Shown: in pieces, positions 1 to 8,804 of the stretch | How positions within the stretch are numbered: the stretch's first letter is position 1 | Layout: each line of letters starts with the position of its first letter | Source: a virus | Virus record (IMG/VR): IMGVR_UViG_3300010396_000038 | Coordinates: 204-64,203 of that record | Length of the DNA stretch: 64,000 nt | Reading direction: 5' to 3' (one strand) | Translations under genes and position numbers: made by a program | The notes under the pieces: model-generated | The model's input: the letters and a program-made list of their open reading frames with translations, nothing else | The model's database searches: none | Told to the model about the DNA's origin: nothing

Positions 1-1863
1 CTCCCACGCGAGGCGCATGGGCATCTCCGACGCCTTGACCGCGAAGGTCGCGGCGTCGATCTCCTGGTAGGGCGACTGCTCGTACACGTGGTCCGAGAAC
101 GGCAGGAAGCTCACCCCGGACATGCGGTCGAAGTGCCGGTAGACGAACGCGCCGACCTCGAGCCACTCCTCCTCGCGGACGTACACGGTGATGGACGGCT
201 TGTGCTCGCACCAGTGCTCGGCGTACTTGAGCCAGAGCTTGAGCTGGTCGATGGCGGTGACCTGGTCCCTGAGGACGGCGGTCCTGGGGGCCTCGATCGG
301 GAACGAGAACACCCAGTTGTGGTCGTCCATGACGTCGTCCTCGGCCGGGACGCCCTGCGCCCAGAGGAAGTTCGACACGGGGTCGAGCTTCGAGCCGCGG
401 TTGGTCCTGACGTAGTGCCGGCTCCACCTCGGGTGGATGCCGGACGCGGCGTCGACCAGCTGCGACACCGTGCCGGACGGCTTCACGCAGGTGATCGCGG
501 CGGACGGGCTGATCCCGAGCCGGGCCGCCCACTCCTCGTTAGTCCTGATCGCCACTGCCTTGAGGTACTCCTGGATGGCCTCCAGCTGCTCCTTGGTGTC
601 GGTGCCGAAGTCGCTCAGGATCGGGTGGTCCATGATGCCGGTGATGGAGACGCCCAGCAGGCGCTCCTCCTCGCAGTTCTTCCTCCAAGCCGCGCTCAGG
701 TACCGGAAGTCGGTGAACGTGCTCTGGATGGTCCCGAGGATCGTCGCCAGGCGCACCTTGCGCTCCAGGTCGGCCAGCGAGTCGGAGTGCCGCGCGATCA
801 CCTCGGACAGGTTGCAGAACTGCCGGTCCCGCAGGATGATCTCGGAGCACGGGTTCGTCCCGAACTCGTGGTCCGGGTCGCGCCGGCCGTTCGCCGCGGC
901 GATCTTCCGCATGCCGGCGCGGTTCACGATGCCGCGCTCGCCTGACCCGGACCGGATCAGCGACGCCCACTCCTCCATGAACCTGGCGACGGGCGGGCGC
1001 TCCTCCCACACGGCCGAGTTGTTCGCCAGCCTGTACTCGGGGTGCTCGACCCACCACTGCCCGGACTTCGCGTCACGCATCCGGTCGTCGTCCGCGTCCG
1101 ACAGGCTGATGAGCGCCGAGCGGCGCACGCCGCCGGAGACGATCACCGCGCCCACCTTGCACATGATGCCGTGGCACTCGATCGTGTAGAGCTTCCGGCC
1201 CTGGGCGGCCCTGAACACGTCGATGACGTACTGGAACAGCTCCTCGAGCGGCTCCGGCCCCGAGGCCCTGCCGCCGAAGGTCTTGAGCCTCGAGCCGGCG
1301 GGGCGCACCCTCGACGTGTCCCGCTTCGGGATCACGCCGGAGTACAGCAGGTGGATCAGCTGCCTGAGCGCCGATGCCCACCCGATCTTCGAGTCGCGCA
1401 CGACGATCGTCGTGTCCGACTCGTACAGCCTCGGGACCTCCGGGAGCTGGCCGACGTACTTCCGCTCCACGGAGAACCCGACGCCGGTCCCGCAGGCCAG
1501 GATGTAGAGCGCCTCGTCGAAGGCCTGCGGCCTGTTCACGGCGAGGTACGCGCAGTTGTAGCCCGCCACGTTGTCCCTCTCGAGCGCCGCGCCGGCGGTC
1601 ATCACGGCCCTCATCGACCCGAGCGCGCCGCCCGGCTCGTGGGGGGCCGCCATGATCGCCTCGCGTAGCTCGTCGCGCACGTCCCCCAGCGTGGTGCCGT
1701 GCTTGCCGGCCTGCCGCTCCATCTGGTCGAGGTACCTGTCGACCGTCTCCGGCCACGTCTCCCTACGGCCTTCGTCCTCGCGCCACCGAGAGTACTTGCT
1801 CCTGTGGATCTGCTGCTGGTAGAGCGTCGGCAGCTCGCCCCAGCGATCCTCCTCATTACTCAA
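1..1863 (-). CDS. ribonucleotide reductase catalytic subunit, probably class II (B12-dependent, NrdJ-like); C-terminus runs off the window start
   Basis: High-GC3 frame read from TTG at 1863 (RBS AAGGAG 5 nt upstream) down to position 1. Translation carries RNR hallmarks (active-site loop ..FGTNPCSEIIL.., Cys-containing ..CHGIMCKVGA..). No NrdB-like small subunit in the window, hence the class II guess. Absent from the ORF track because there is no in-window stop. Confidence 0.75.
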   Translation of the reverse strand, partial: MSNEEDRWGELPTLYQQQIHRSKYSRWREDEGRRETWPETVDRYLDQMERQAGKHGTTLGDVRDELREAIMAAPHEPGGALGSMRAVMTAGAALERDNVAGYNCAYLAVNRPQAFDEALYILACGTGVGFSVERKYVGQLPEVPRLYESDTTIVVRDSKIGWASALRQLIHLLYSGVIPKRDTSRVRPAGSRLKTFGGRASGPEPLEELFQYVIDVFRAAQGRKLYTIECHGIMCKVGAVIVSGGVRRSALISLSDADDDRMRDAKSGQWWVEHPEYRLANNSAVWEERPPVARFMEEWASLIRSGSGERGIVNRAGMRKIAAANGRRDPDHEFGTNPCSEIILRDRQFCNLSEVIARHSDSLADLERKVRLATILGTIQSTFTDFRYLSAAWRKNCEEERLLGVSITGIMDHPILSDFGTDTKEQLEAIQEYLKAVAIRTNEEWAARLGISPSAAITCVKPSGTVSQLVDAASGIHPRWSRHYVRTNRGSKLDPVSNFLWAQGVPAEDDVMDDHNWVFSFPIEAPRTAVLRDQVTAIDQLKLWLKYAEHWCEHKPSITVYVREEEWLEVGAFVYRHFDRMSGVSFLPFSDHVYEQSPYQEIDAATFAVKASEMPMRLAWE

Positions 1864-1965
1864 TCTTACTCCTTTTCCTGTCGAAAATCACGCCCACCAC
1901 GGGACCGTCCCGCCCGAGGGGGTATAGGGTATCCTACGCCCGTCCCGCCGTCGGCGTACGACCCC

Positions 1966-1986
1966 GGGCGGTAAAATCTGGGGCCG
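1966..1986 (+). promoter_or_regulatory. promoter-like -10 element (TAAAAT 1972..1977) 9 nt upstream of the ATG at 1987, implying a leaderless or near-leaderless transcript; divergent intergenic region also holds tandem GGGTAT repeats (1920..1932)
   Basis: AT-rich hexamer in a GC-rich background. No RBS before ATG 1987. Divergent gene pair: RNR on the - strand, deaminase on the + strand. Confidence 0.35.
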
Positions 1987-2454
1987 ATGACAGACAAACA
2001 AAAGGCATGGGACGAGCGCTTCCTCGAGATGGCGGAGCTCGTCTCCTACTGGTCCAAGGACCCGAGCACGAAGGTCGGGGCGGTGCTGGTCAGGCCGGAC
2101 AGGACGGTCGCCTCGGTGGGCTACAACGGCTTCCCGAGGAACACGTCCGACTCGGACGAGCTGTACTCCGACAGGGAGGAGAAGTACGCCAGGGTGGTGC
2201 ACGCGGAGGTCAACGCGATCCTCCACGCGCGGGAGCCGGCCGACGGCTACACCCTGTACACGTACCCGGCGTCGATCGCACCGACGTGCGACAGCTGCGC
2301 CGGGTTCGCGATCCAGGCGGGCGTGGCGCGGGTAGTGTGCCTGCGCGACGAGGAGTCGGGCTTCGCGGCGAGGTGGCGGCTGCGCTTCGAGCGCGCCCTC
2401 CGCATGTACGAGGAGGCCGGCGTGGAGGTCACGCTGGTCGAGAGGAGGATCTGA
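1987..2454 (+). CDS. dCMP deaminase (cytidine/deoxycytidylate deaminase family)
   Basis: Zinc-binding deaminase motifs HAEVNAI and PCxxC (PTCDSCAGF); 155 aa. Confidence 0.9.
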   Translation: MTDKQKAWDERFLEMAELVSYWSKDPSTKVGAVLVRPDRTVASVGYNGFPRNTSDSDELYSDREEKYARVVHAEVNAILHAREPADGYTLYTYPASIAPTCDSCAGFAIQAGVARVVCLRDEESGFAARWRLRFERALRMYEEAGVEVTLVERRI

Positions 2455-3011
2455 TGCTGTACGTGATCGAGGGCGTCGACAGGACCGGGAAGTCCACGCT
2501 CGCGAACTACCTGAAGCACACCCAGCAGCCGGGGTTCTACGGCGTCGGCGAGGTGATCCACTGGGAGCGGCCGAAGTGCTCGTCGGCGATCGACGAGTAC
2601 GTCCAGCCGCTCATGGACTACGAGCCGGGCGCCGGCAGGACGGTCGTCTGCGACCGGCACTTCCTGGGGGAGCGGGTGTGGCCGCACATCTTCGGGCGCG
2701 AGAGCCTGATGTCGCTGTCCGAGCAGGAGTGCGTCGAGCTGTTCCTGAGAGACCGGGGCGCCGTGTGCGTCCTGGCGACGCGGGAGCCGGGCGACCTCGA
2801 GGCGGCGTGCGCCGACGAGCCGTGCGCCGGGCGCGCGGCGGAGGCGCAGACGATCTTCGAGGTGCAGGCCGCGCTCTCGAGCCTGGCGTGGTGGCCGTGG
2901 CGGCACGGGGACGACCCGACGAGGCTCATCACCTACGCGCAGGCCCAGGAGGAGGACGCGGCTCACCGCCGAGCCTTCGCCCGGGAGGACCGTAGGATTC
3001 GAAACCGATGA
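2454..3011 (+). CDS. thymidylate-kinase-like dNMP kinase (P-loop)
   Basis: N-terminal LYVIEGVDRTGKST resembles the TMK P-loop (IEGxxGxGKTT). DRHF matches the TMK DRH/Y motif. TGATG start/stop overlap with the upstream gene. Confidence 0.65.
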   Translation: MLYVIEGVDRTGKSTLANYLKHTQQPGFYGVGEVIHWERPKCSSAIDEYVQPLMDYEPGAGRTVVCDRHFLGERVWPHIFGRESLMSLSEQECVELFLRDRGAVCVLATREPGDLEAACADEPCAGRAAEAQTIFEVQAALSSLAWWPWRHGDDPTRLITYAQAQEEDAAHRRAFAREDRRIRNR

Positions 3012-3874
3012 GGTTACACCCAACGTCGGTGCCGGACCTTCGGGTCGGGTACACGCAGATAGTAGAAGAGGTGCTCCACAACGGCTCGCCCGCGAGCCCG
3101 CGCGGGTACAGGACCTGGGAGATCGAGGACGCGTGCTTCCAGGTCGAGGACACGACGCGCGTCCTGCCGGTGGGGGTGGGCCGGGGGATCAAGCCGGAGA
3201 TCGGGGCGGCCGAGTCGCTGCTCCTGTGCGCCGGCCTGGCGAGCCCCAGCCTCCTGGTGTCCGCGAGCGGCGCGTTCCGCAGGTTCGTGGACGGCGGGGT
3301 GCTGCACGGGGCCTACGGGCCCCGCGTGCGCCCACAGATGGACACGGTGGTCAGGAGGCTGACCTCCGACCGCGACTCGAGGCAGGCCGTCGTGCAGGTC
3401 TGGGACCCGCTGTACGACCAGACGGACACGCGCGACCTGCCGTGCACGCTGGGCTTCGGGTTCCGCCTGCGCGACGACGGGCTGCACCTGTCGACGACCA
3501 TGCGCTCCCAGGACGTGATCCTGGGGCTGGCGTACGACGGGTTCATGTTCTGCCAGCTGGGCTGGACGGTCGCGAACGTGCTGGGCGTGGAGCTCGCCTC
3601 CTGGCGGCACCACGCGTACAGTCTGCACGTGTACGAGCGCAACCTGGACCTGGCCGAGAGGCTCGGCCCCACGGACGGGGAGACGGACGTCACGGAGCCG
3701 CTGGGCTTCCGGGGCGAGACCTACGAGGAGGCCCGGGGCAGGGCCGAGCTCGTGTACAACACGACGCCCGGCGCCGCCGGGCCGCTGGACCAGTACTCGG
3801 CCGACGAGCGCTGGTACATCACGACGCTGGCCGGCTGCGACAGGCTGACCAGCAAGTCCAACTTCGAGTCCTGA
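3008..3874 (+). CDS. thymidylate synthase (ThyA) family pyrimidine C5-modifying enzyme; specificity residue Asn->Asp suggests a dCMP substrate (hydroxymethylase or methylase)
   Basis: Gap-free alignment by eye to E. coli ThyA: DSRQAVVQVWD / DSRRIIVSAWN, catalytic LPC / APCH, MRSQDVILGLAYD / QRSCDVFLGLPFN. The Asn177 equivalent is Asp. ATGA overlap with the upstream gene. Confidence 0.8.
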   Translation: MRLHPTSVPDLRVGYTQIVEEVLHNGSPASPRGYRTWEIEDACFQVEDTTRVLPVGVGRGIKPEIGAAESLLLCAGLASPSLLVSASGAFRRFVDGGVLHGAYGPRVRPQMDTVVRRLTSDRDSRQAVVQVWDPLYDQTDTRDLPCTLGFGFRLRDDGLHLSTTMRSQDVILGLAYDGFMFCQLGWTVANVLGVELASWRHHAYSLHVYERNLDLAERLGPTDGETDVTEPLGFRGETYEEARGRAELVYNTTPGAAGPLDQYSADERWYITTLAGCDRLTSKSNFES

Positions 3875-3893
3875 CGGGCTCGAGAAAGGTACC

Positions 3894-4103
3894 ATGACCA
3901 AGACGTTCTCTCTGAACGTGACCACCATCATGGCGGCGATCACCACGATCGTCGGCCTGGCTGTGACCCAGGGGTTCATCACGGACCACACGGCGCAGCT
4001 CGTGACGGGGCTGGCGTCGGCGTTCGCGCCGGTGATCATCCTGGTGGCGCACACGTTCTTCCACGCGAACGTGTCGGCCGCCAAGATCCGGGCCGGCAAG
4101 TAG
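3894..4103 (+). CDS. small hydrophobic membrane protein
   Basis: 69 aa, two predicted TM stretches, high GC3. Confidence 0.4.
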   Translation: MTKTFSLNVTTIMAAITTIVGLAVTQGFITDHTAQLVTGLASAFAPVIILVAHTFFHANVSAAKIRAGK

Positions 4104-5893
4104 TGCCGCGCCTGGCCCAAGACGCGAGGGTCACCCTGGTGGACTCTCTGGAGGACGTCCTCGACCTGAGGGCGTGGCTCGGGGAGCGCCGGGACTGGCT
4201 GGGGTGCGACATCGAGACGACCGGGCTCACGCTCGGCCGCGACGAGATCCGCCTGTTCCAGCTGGGCGACCTCCGCAGGGGCTGGGCGCTGCCGTGGGAC
4301 GACTGGAGGGGCGCCGTCAAGGCGTTCCTCCCGTCGTACCGCGGGCGGATAGTCTTCCACAACTCGGCGTTCGACCTGGCGTTCCTGGACATGGACGGCG
4401 TCCACGTCCCTCAGGTGCAAGTCGACGACACGATGGTCATGGCGCACCTCATCAACCCCGCGGGCAGGATCGGGCTGAAGCCGCTCGCGGCGAAGCTCGT
4501 CGGGCCCGAGGCGCTGCTGGGGAAGGACGACCTGACCGACGCCTTCAAGGCCGGGGGCTGGGACTTCGGGACGATCCCGGTCGACCACCCCGCCTACTAC
4601 GTGTACTCCGCGATGGACACCATGCTGACCGCGGCCCTGGCCGAGGAGCTGTGGCCGACGATCGAGGAGAAGTACAGGGAGATCTACGACATCGAGATGG
4701 GCTGCATCCAGGTCCTCGTGCCGGCGCGCATCAAGGGCATGGCGGTCGACCTCGACTACGTCGCCCGGACGCGCGCCCAGTACGTCTCGGACCTCGAGCA
4801 CCTGCGCGTCCAGATCCCGTGCGAGCCCAGCAAGGACCGCCAGATCAGGGACCTGTTCGACGCCAGGGGCCGGGAGATGGGCCGCGGCCCCCTCGGCACG
4901 TGGTGGCCGTTCAGGACCGAGAAGGGCGAGGTCTCCGTCGACGACGACGCGCTCAAGGCCTTCCACGACGACTTCCCGGACATCATGCCGCCGCTCAGGG
5001 AGTGGCGCAAGAAGTCCCGGCTCGTGAGCGCGTACCTGAACAACATCCTGACCATGAACGTGGACTCGGTGCTGCGGTGCAACATCAGGACGCTCGCGGC
5101 CCGGACGGGCCGCATGAGCATCACCGAGCCGGCCCTGCAGACGCTGCCCAGGGGGCGCGCGATCAGGGACGCGTTCGTGGCGCGCGACGGCCACAAGATC
5201 GTGCAGGCCGACTACAAGCAGGCGGAGCTGAGGGTGTTCGCCTGGTACGCGCAGTGCCGGCCGATGATCGAGGCGTTCCAGCGCGACGAGGACCTGCACT
5301 CGTGGGTCGCGGCGCAGGTGTACGCGAACGGCGACATGTCCGGCTTCACGAAGCTCCAGCGCCAGATCTCGAAGAACGTGCAGTTCGCGCGGATCTACGG
5401 CGCGGGCCCGGCGAAGATCGCCGCGACGGCGGGCGTCGAGGTCGAGGCGATCGAGGACTTCATGCGGCAGTACAACAACCTGTTCCCGGAGGCCCAGGAG
5501 TTCATGCAGGGCCTGATGGGCCAGATGCACCAGAGGCTGCGCGAGGGCGAGGCGTACGTGACCACGCGCCTCGGGCGGCGGCTGGTGGTCGACCGGGACA
5601 AGCTGTACTCGGGGCTGAACTACCTCATCCAGTCGACCGCGACGTCGGACGTGATCAAGCTCAAGCTGTGCGAGCTCGACGCCGCGGGCCTGGGCGAGTA
5701 CATCAGGCTCCCGATCCACGACGAGATCCTGTTCGAGGCGCCGGACGAGGACGTCGACGACCTGCTCGAGACGATCCGCAGGGTCATGCCCGAGCGGCAG
5801 CTGTTCGGGGACTGCCCGCTGGAGATCGACACCGACGTGCTGAGCCGCTGGGGGGACCACTACCCCGACCCGGCGCCGAGGCCGCAAGCGTAA
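4103..5893 (+). CDS. polA: DNA polymerase I family (family A) with 3'-5' exonuclease domain
   Basis: Exo motifs DIETTGL and YVYSAMD. Pol motif A DYKQAELRV, motif B RQISKNVQFARIYG, motif C PIHDEILFE. GTG start. Confidence 0.95.
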   Translation: MPRLAQDARVTLVDSLEDVLDLRAWLGERRDWLGCDIETTGLTLGRDEIRLFQLGDLRRGWALPWDDWRGAVKAFLPSYRGRIVFHNSAFDLAFLDMDGVHVPQVQVDDTMVMAHLINPAGRIGLKPLAAKLVGPEALLGKDDLTDAFKAGGWDFGTIPVDHPAYYVYSAMDTMLTAALAEELWPTIEEKYREIYDIEMGCIQVLVPARIKGMAVDLDYVARTRAQYVSDLEHLRVQIPCEPSKDRQIRDLFDARGREMGRGPLGTWWPFRTEKGEVSVDDDALKAFHDDFPDIMPPLREWRKKSRLVSAYLNNILTMNVDSVLRCNIRTLAARTGRMSITEPALQTLPRGRAIRDAFVARDGHKIVQADYKQAELRVFAWYAQCRPMIEAFQRDEDLHSWVAAQVYANGDMSGFTKLQRQISKNVQFARIYGAGPAKIAATAGVEVEAIEDFMRQYNNLFPEAQEFMQGLMGQMHQRLREGEAYVTTRLGRRLVVDRDKLYSGLNYLIQSTATSDVIKLKLCELDAAGLGEYIRLPIHDEILFEAPDEDVDDLLETIRRVMPERQLFGDCPLEIDTDVLSRWGDHYPDPAPRPQA

Positions 5894-5901
5894 GGAGACG
5901 A

Positions 5902-6084
5902 ATGGACTGGAAGATGGTGGAGCTGAAGACGTACGGGGACGAGCCGTTCACGGTGATGCTCCCGTCGATCCCGCACAAGGGGGACCGCGTGGAGTACCTC
6001 GACCAGGCGTACGAGGTGACCCGGCGGACCTTCAGGCACAACGCGCCCGTGAGGCTGTCGGTGACCAAGGCGAGGTCGGCGTGA
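5902..6084 (+). CDS. hypothetical protein (60 aa)
   Basis: RBS AAGGAG 4 nt upstream of the ATG; high GC3. Confidence 0.5.
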   Translation: MDWKMVELKTYGDEPFTVMLPSIPHKGDRVEYLDQAYEVTRRTFRHNAPVRLSVTKARSA

Positions 6085-6266
6085 CGCCCGGGGCTGATTG
6101 CACGTGCGGCAGGCCGGAGCGCGGCCTGACGTGCCGCTGCACCTGCGACGAGTGCGGGGCCGCGGGGCCCCGAGCGCTCCTGTGGGAGGCGTGGGGCGCG
6201 TACCTGGACAAGGACCTGGTCTGCCAGGCCTGCGGCCACGTGCAGGACATATGGGACTGCGGATGA
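6081..6266 (+). CDS. hypothetical Cys-rich small protein (zinc-ribbon-like)
   Basis: GTGA overlap start. CTCG..CRCTCDECG..CQACGH cysteine pattern. High GC3. Confidence 0.4.
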   Translation: MTPGADCTCGRPERGLTCRCTCDECGAAGPRALLWEAWGAYLDKDLVCQACGHVQDIWDCG

Positions 6267-6901
6267 CCGCCCTGGAGATGGTCAAGGACCCCAGGACGAC
6301 GCTGCGCGGCTTCTCGCTCGACGACCTGGCGCGGTTCACGAGGACGGGCGCGTTCGACGCCGACGACTCGCCGGACTATCGCGTGCTCTACGCCGGGAGG
6401 GACGACGTGCACGGCGCGCTGGCGTACCTGCTGGCGCACACGTCCCGGTCGCTGCGCCTGAACATGTTCGGGTACGACGACGAGGAGCTGGACGCCGTCA
6501 TCGAGAACCTGATCGAGAACGAGCACGTCTTCGTGCAGGGCACGCTGGACCGGTCGCAGGCCGGCGGGGCGCACGAGCGCAAGATCCTGGCCGGCTGGCC
6601 GGAGGCGGTGCGCTCGAGCTTCGCGGTGGGCCAGTCCGCCACCCACCAGATCTCGCACACGAAGGGCGGCGTGATCGACGGCCTCGTGGCCTGGGAGGGC
6701 AGCACGAACTGGTCGGCGTCCGGCGAGGGCACCGGCATCGGGCTGCACGGCGGGGCGAACGCCGCGGGCTACAAGGCCCAGAACAACACGCTGGCCGTAC
6801 ACGTCAACCCCGCGGAGGTGCGCCGGTTCCAGGACGAGCTGGACGAGGAGCACGCGGTCGCGCTACAGCAGCAGATCGCGCAGGAGAGGAAGGAGGGATG
6901 A
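6263..6901 (+). CDS. phospholipase D family (HKD motif) nuclease-like protein
   Basis: HTKGGVID matches the HxK(x4)D PLD/Nuc catalytic motif. ATGA overlap start; an alternative ATG lies at 6251. Confidence 0.7.
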   Translation: MTALEMVKDPRTTLRGFSLDDLARFTRTGAFDADDSPDYRVLYAGRDDVHGALAYLLAHTSRSLRLNMFGYDDEELDAVIENLIENEHVFVQGTLDRSQAGGAHERKILAGWPEAVRSSFAVGQSATHQISHTKGGVIDGLVAWEGSTNWSASGEGTGIGLHGGANAAGYKAQNNTLAVHVNPAEVRRFQDELDEEHAVALQQQIAQERKEG

Positions 6902-7065
6902 TGGGAGAGGAAATCTGGGAGTCGTCCTACGAGACCGCCGACTGGATCCTGTCGGTCCTGGGAGACCGGCAGGGCTTCGAGTGGTGGTGGAGCGAGATCG
7001 ACGCGGAGGTCCAGGCGGAGATCAGGACGGAGATCGCGAGGTGCGTGGATGCCTCCGTCCAGTAG
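6898..7065 (+). CDS. hypothetical protein (55 aa, Trp-rich)
   Basis: Start overlaps the upstream stop (GGATGATGG); high GC3. Below the ORF-track length cutoff. Confidence 0.35.
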   Translation: MMGEEIWESSYETADWILSVLGDRQGFEWWWSEIDAEVQAEIRTEIARCVDASVQ

Positions 7066-7288
7066 CCTGGGCAAGATCCGGATCGTAGTGCGGGCGTCGC
7101 CGCCCGGGCTGCGCACGGTGGCCTCGTTCACGCGGCAGGGCCTCGAGGACAAGCTCGAGGCCGGCGACTGGACGGTGGACAGCACCCACGAGCGGACGAT
7201 CCCGATGAGGATCGGGCCCCTCACGTACCACCAGACGCAGCACTACGCGTACGTGGTGCCACGTGCTACAATCTCGAGCCATGACTGA
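7049..7288 (+). CDS. hypothetical protein (79 aa)
   Basis: High GC3; ends in an ATGA-type overlap with the next gene. Confidence 0.4.
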   Translation: MPPSSSLGKIRIVVRASPPGLRTVASFTRQGLEDKLEAGDWTVDSTHERTIPMRIGPLTYHQTQHYAYVVPRATISSHD

Positions 7289-8087
7289 CAAGATAAACCA
7301 GGTCCTCGTCATCGGGGACGTACACGGACACGCCGACAGGCTGCGGGCGCTCCTCGAGCAGGAGCGGCCGCACGAGCGCGGCGCGAGGGTCATCCAGCTG
7401 GGCGACCTCGGGCACTTCGGCGAGCACACCATGGTCGGCGACCTGGAGTGCTGGCGGATGGCGCTAGAGGGCGAGGTCGACACGGTGCTCTGGGGGAACC
7501 ACGACCGCGCGGTCATCGACACGCGCCACATGTTCGGCGGGTACTGCTCACCGCCGCCCGAGACGGTCGAGGTCATCAACCAGGTCGACGGCCAGGGCAG
7601 GCTCAAGCTCGCCGAGGAGGCGCACGGCTGGCTCCTGACGCACGCCGGCCTGCACCCGCAGATCCGGTACATGCCGGAGGCCGGCGAGGTGGACAGGACG
7701 GACCCGCGGGCGCTGGCCGACTGGATCAACACGAACCCGCCCTCGCCGTTCCGGCCCAGGCTGTACGGCGGGTCGCGCAGCATCGTGGATGCGATCGGGC
7801 CGCACCGCGGCGGCGGGTCGACGTTCGGCGGCGTCCTCTGGCGCGACATCCAGGAGAAGCTGTACGACGGGGTCCCGCAGGTCTTCGGACACTCCGCCAA
7901 CCGCAAGCACGCGGTACGCGGCGAGGCCGACAGGTGGTACTGCGTGGACATCGGCGGCAAGGGCGACCGCCCGAGCGAGGACTGCCTGGCGGCCATCTGG
8001 CTGCCGTCGCAGGAGATCGTGCGGGTGGACCTGGACCTGATGACGGAGGAGATCCGCGGGGACCTGTCGGAGAGGGACCTGCTGTGA
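7281..8087 (+). CDS. calcineurin-like metallophosphoesterase (Ser/Thr phosphatase / lambda-PPase fold)
   Basis: Motifs GDVHG, GDLGHFG and GNHD. Confidence 0.8.
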   Translation: MTDKINQVLVIGDVHGHADRLRALLEQERPHERGARVIQLGDLGHFGEHTMVGDLECWRMALEGEVDTVLWGNHDRAVIDTRHMFGGYCSPPPETVEVINQVDGQGRLKLAEEAHGWLLTHAGLHPQIRYMPEAGEVDRTDPRALADWINTNPPSPFRPRLYGGSRSIVDAIGPHRGGGSTFGGVLWRDIQEKLYDGVPQVFGHSANRKHAVRGEADRWYCVDIGGKGDRPSEDCLAAIWLPSQEIVRVDLDLMTEEIRGDLSERDLL

Positions 8088-8521
8088 GACCGCTGCTCCT
8101 GGCCGAGGCGCCGGCGCGCGACGACAACTGGCGGGAGCCGCTCAACGGGCGGGCCGGCCAGAACCTGATGAGGCACCTCGGCGTCGAGCCGACGTACGAG
8201 AACCTCAGGGAGCGGTTCGACGTCCTGAACGCCTCCGAGCGGCTCGAGGACGCGTACCCCTGGTCCGCGCCCGCGGCGAGGCTCCGGTGGACCGTGTGGC
8301 GCCTGCACGAGCCCACAGAGCGCCTCGTCGTGGTGTGCCTCGGCCGGCGCGCGGCGGCCGCGGTCGGCCTGCGGCCCGACCACCCCTGGGGCGAGTGGAC
8401 GGAGGTCGGCGACGACCTCGTCACGGCGCTCCCGCACCCCAGCGGCAGGTGCCGAGTGTACAACGACCCGAACTTCCGCGCGGTCGCCCGCGCGGTGCTG
8501 GAGGAGGCGCTGGATGCGTGA
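8084..8521 (+). CDS. uracil-DNA glycosylase superfamily protein (family-4-like)
   Basis: LLLAEAPA..REPLNGRAGQNLMRHLG resembles the GEAPG..G.PFVGxAG motif; C-terminal HPSGRC resembles the HPS motif. GTGA overlap start. Confidence 0.5.
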   Translation: MRPLLLAEAPARDDNWREPLNGRAGQNLMRHLGVEPTYENLRERFDVLNASERLEDAYPWSAPAARLRWTVWRLHEPTERLVVVCLGRRAAAAVGLRPDHPWGEWTEVGDDLVTALPHPSGRCRVYNDPNFRAVARAVLEEALDA

Positions 8522-8804
8522 CATCAAGATAGTCGACGACACCGACAGCGGCGACTGGCAGGCGATCTACGTGGACGGCGCGCTCCTCTACGAGGACCAC
8601 TACCTCGAGGCGGACCGGGTCCTGGACGTGCTCGGGGTCGGGTTCGAGTACGTCCGCGCCCTCACGGACGACTCGGGCCACTTCCCGAAGAGGTTCGCCG
8701 ACGTGACGACGGAGAGGGAGTCGAGGCGGCGCGAGCTCCTGGAGGAGGCGGAGCGCCTGCGCGAGCAGGCGGAGATCCTCGAGGCGGAGGCGGCGGGTGT
8801 CTAG
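8514..8804 (+). CDS. hypothetical protein (96 aa)
   Basis: High GC3; acidic C-terminal coiled-coil-like segment. Confidence 0.45.
   Translation: MRDIKIVDDTDSGDWQAIYVDGALLYEDHYLEADRVLDVLGVGFEYVRALTDDSGHFPKRFADVTTERESRRRELLEEAERLREQAEILEAEAAGV

Noticed and set aside
88-1756. Forward and reverse ORFs (88..945 +, 437..1189 +, 1073..1756 - and others) inside the RNR region
   Set aside because: All are alternative frames of the RNR gene with low-complexity translations. The true frame (reverse, TTG at 1863) has no in-window stop and is therefore missing from the ORF track.
1-1863. Class I (NrdAB) assignment for the RNR
   Set aside because: No NrdB-like ferritin-fold small-subunit gene is adjacent. 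The class II call itself remains tentative because the C-terminal portion lies outside the window.
3014-5887. 957-aa reverse ORF antisense to the thymidylate-synthase-like and PolA genes
   Set aside because: Arg/Pro/Gly/Ala-rich low-complexity translation and low GC3, typical of off-frame ORFs in about 70% GC DNA. The sense strand encodes PolA and ThyA-family proteins with clear motifs.
4174-6084. 636-aa forward ORF overlapping PolA in another frame
   Set aside because: Low-complexity R/G/P-rich translation. Only its last 60 codons (5902..6084) form a plausible small gene with an RBS.
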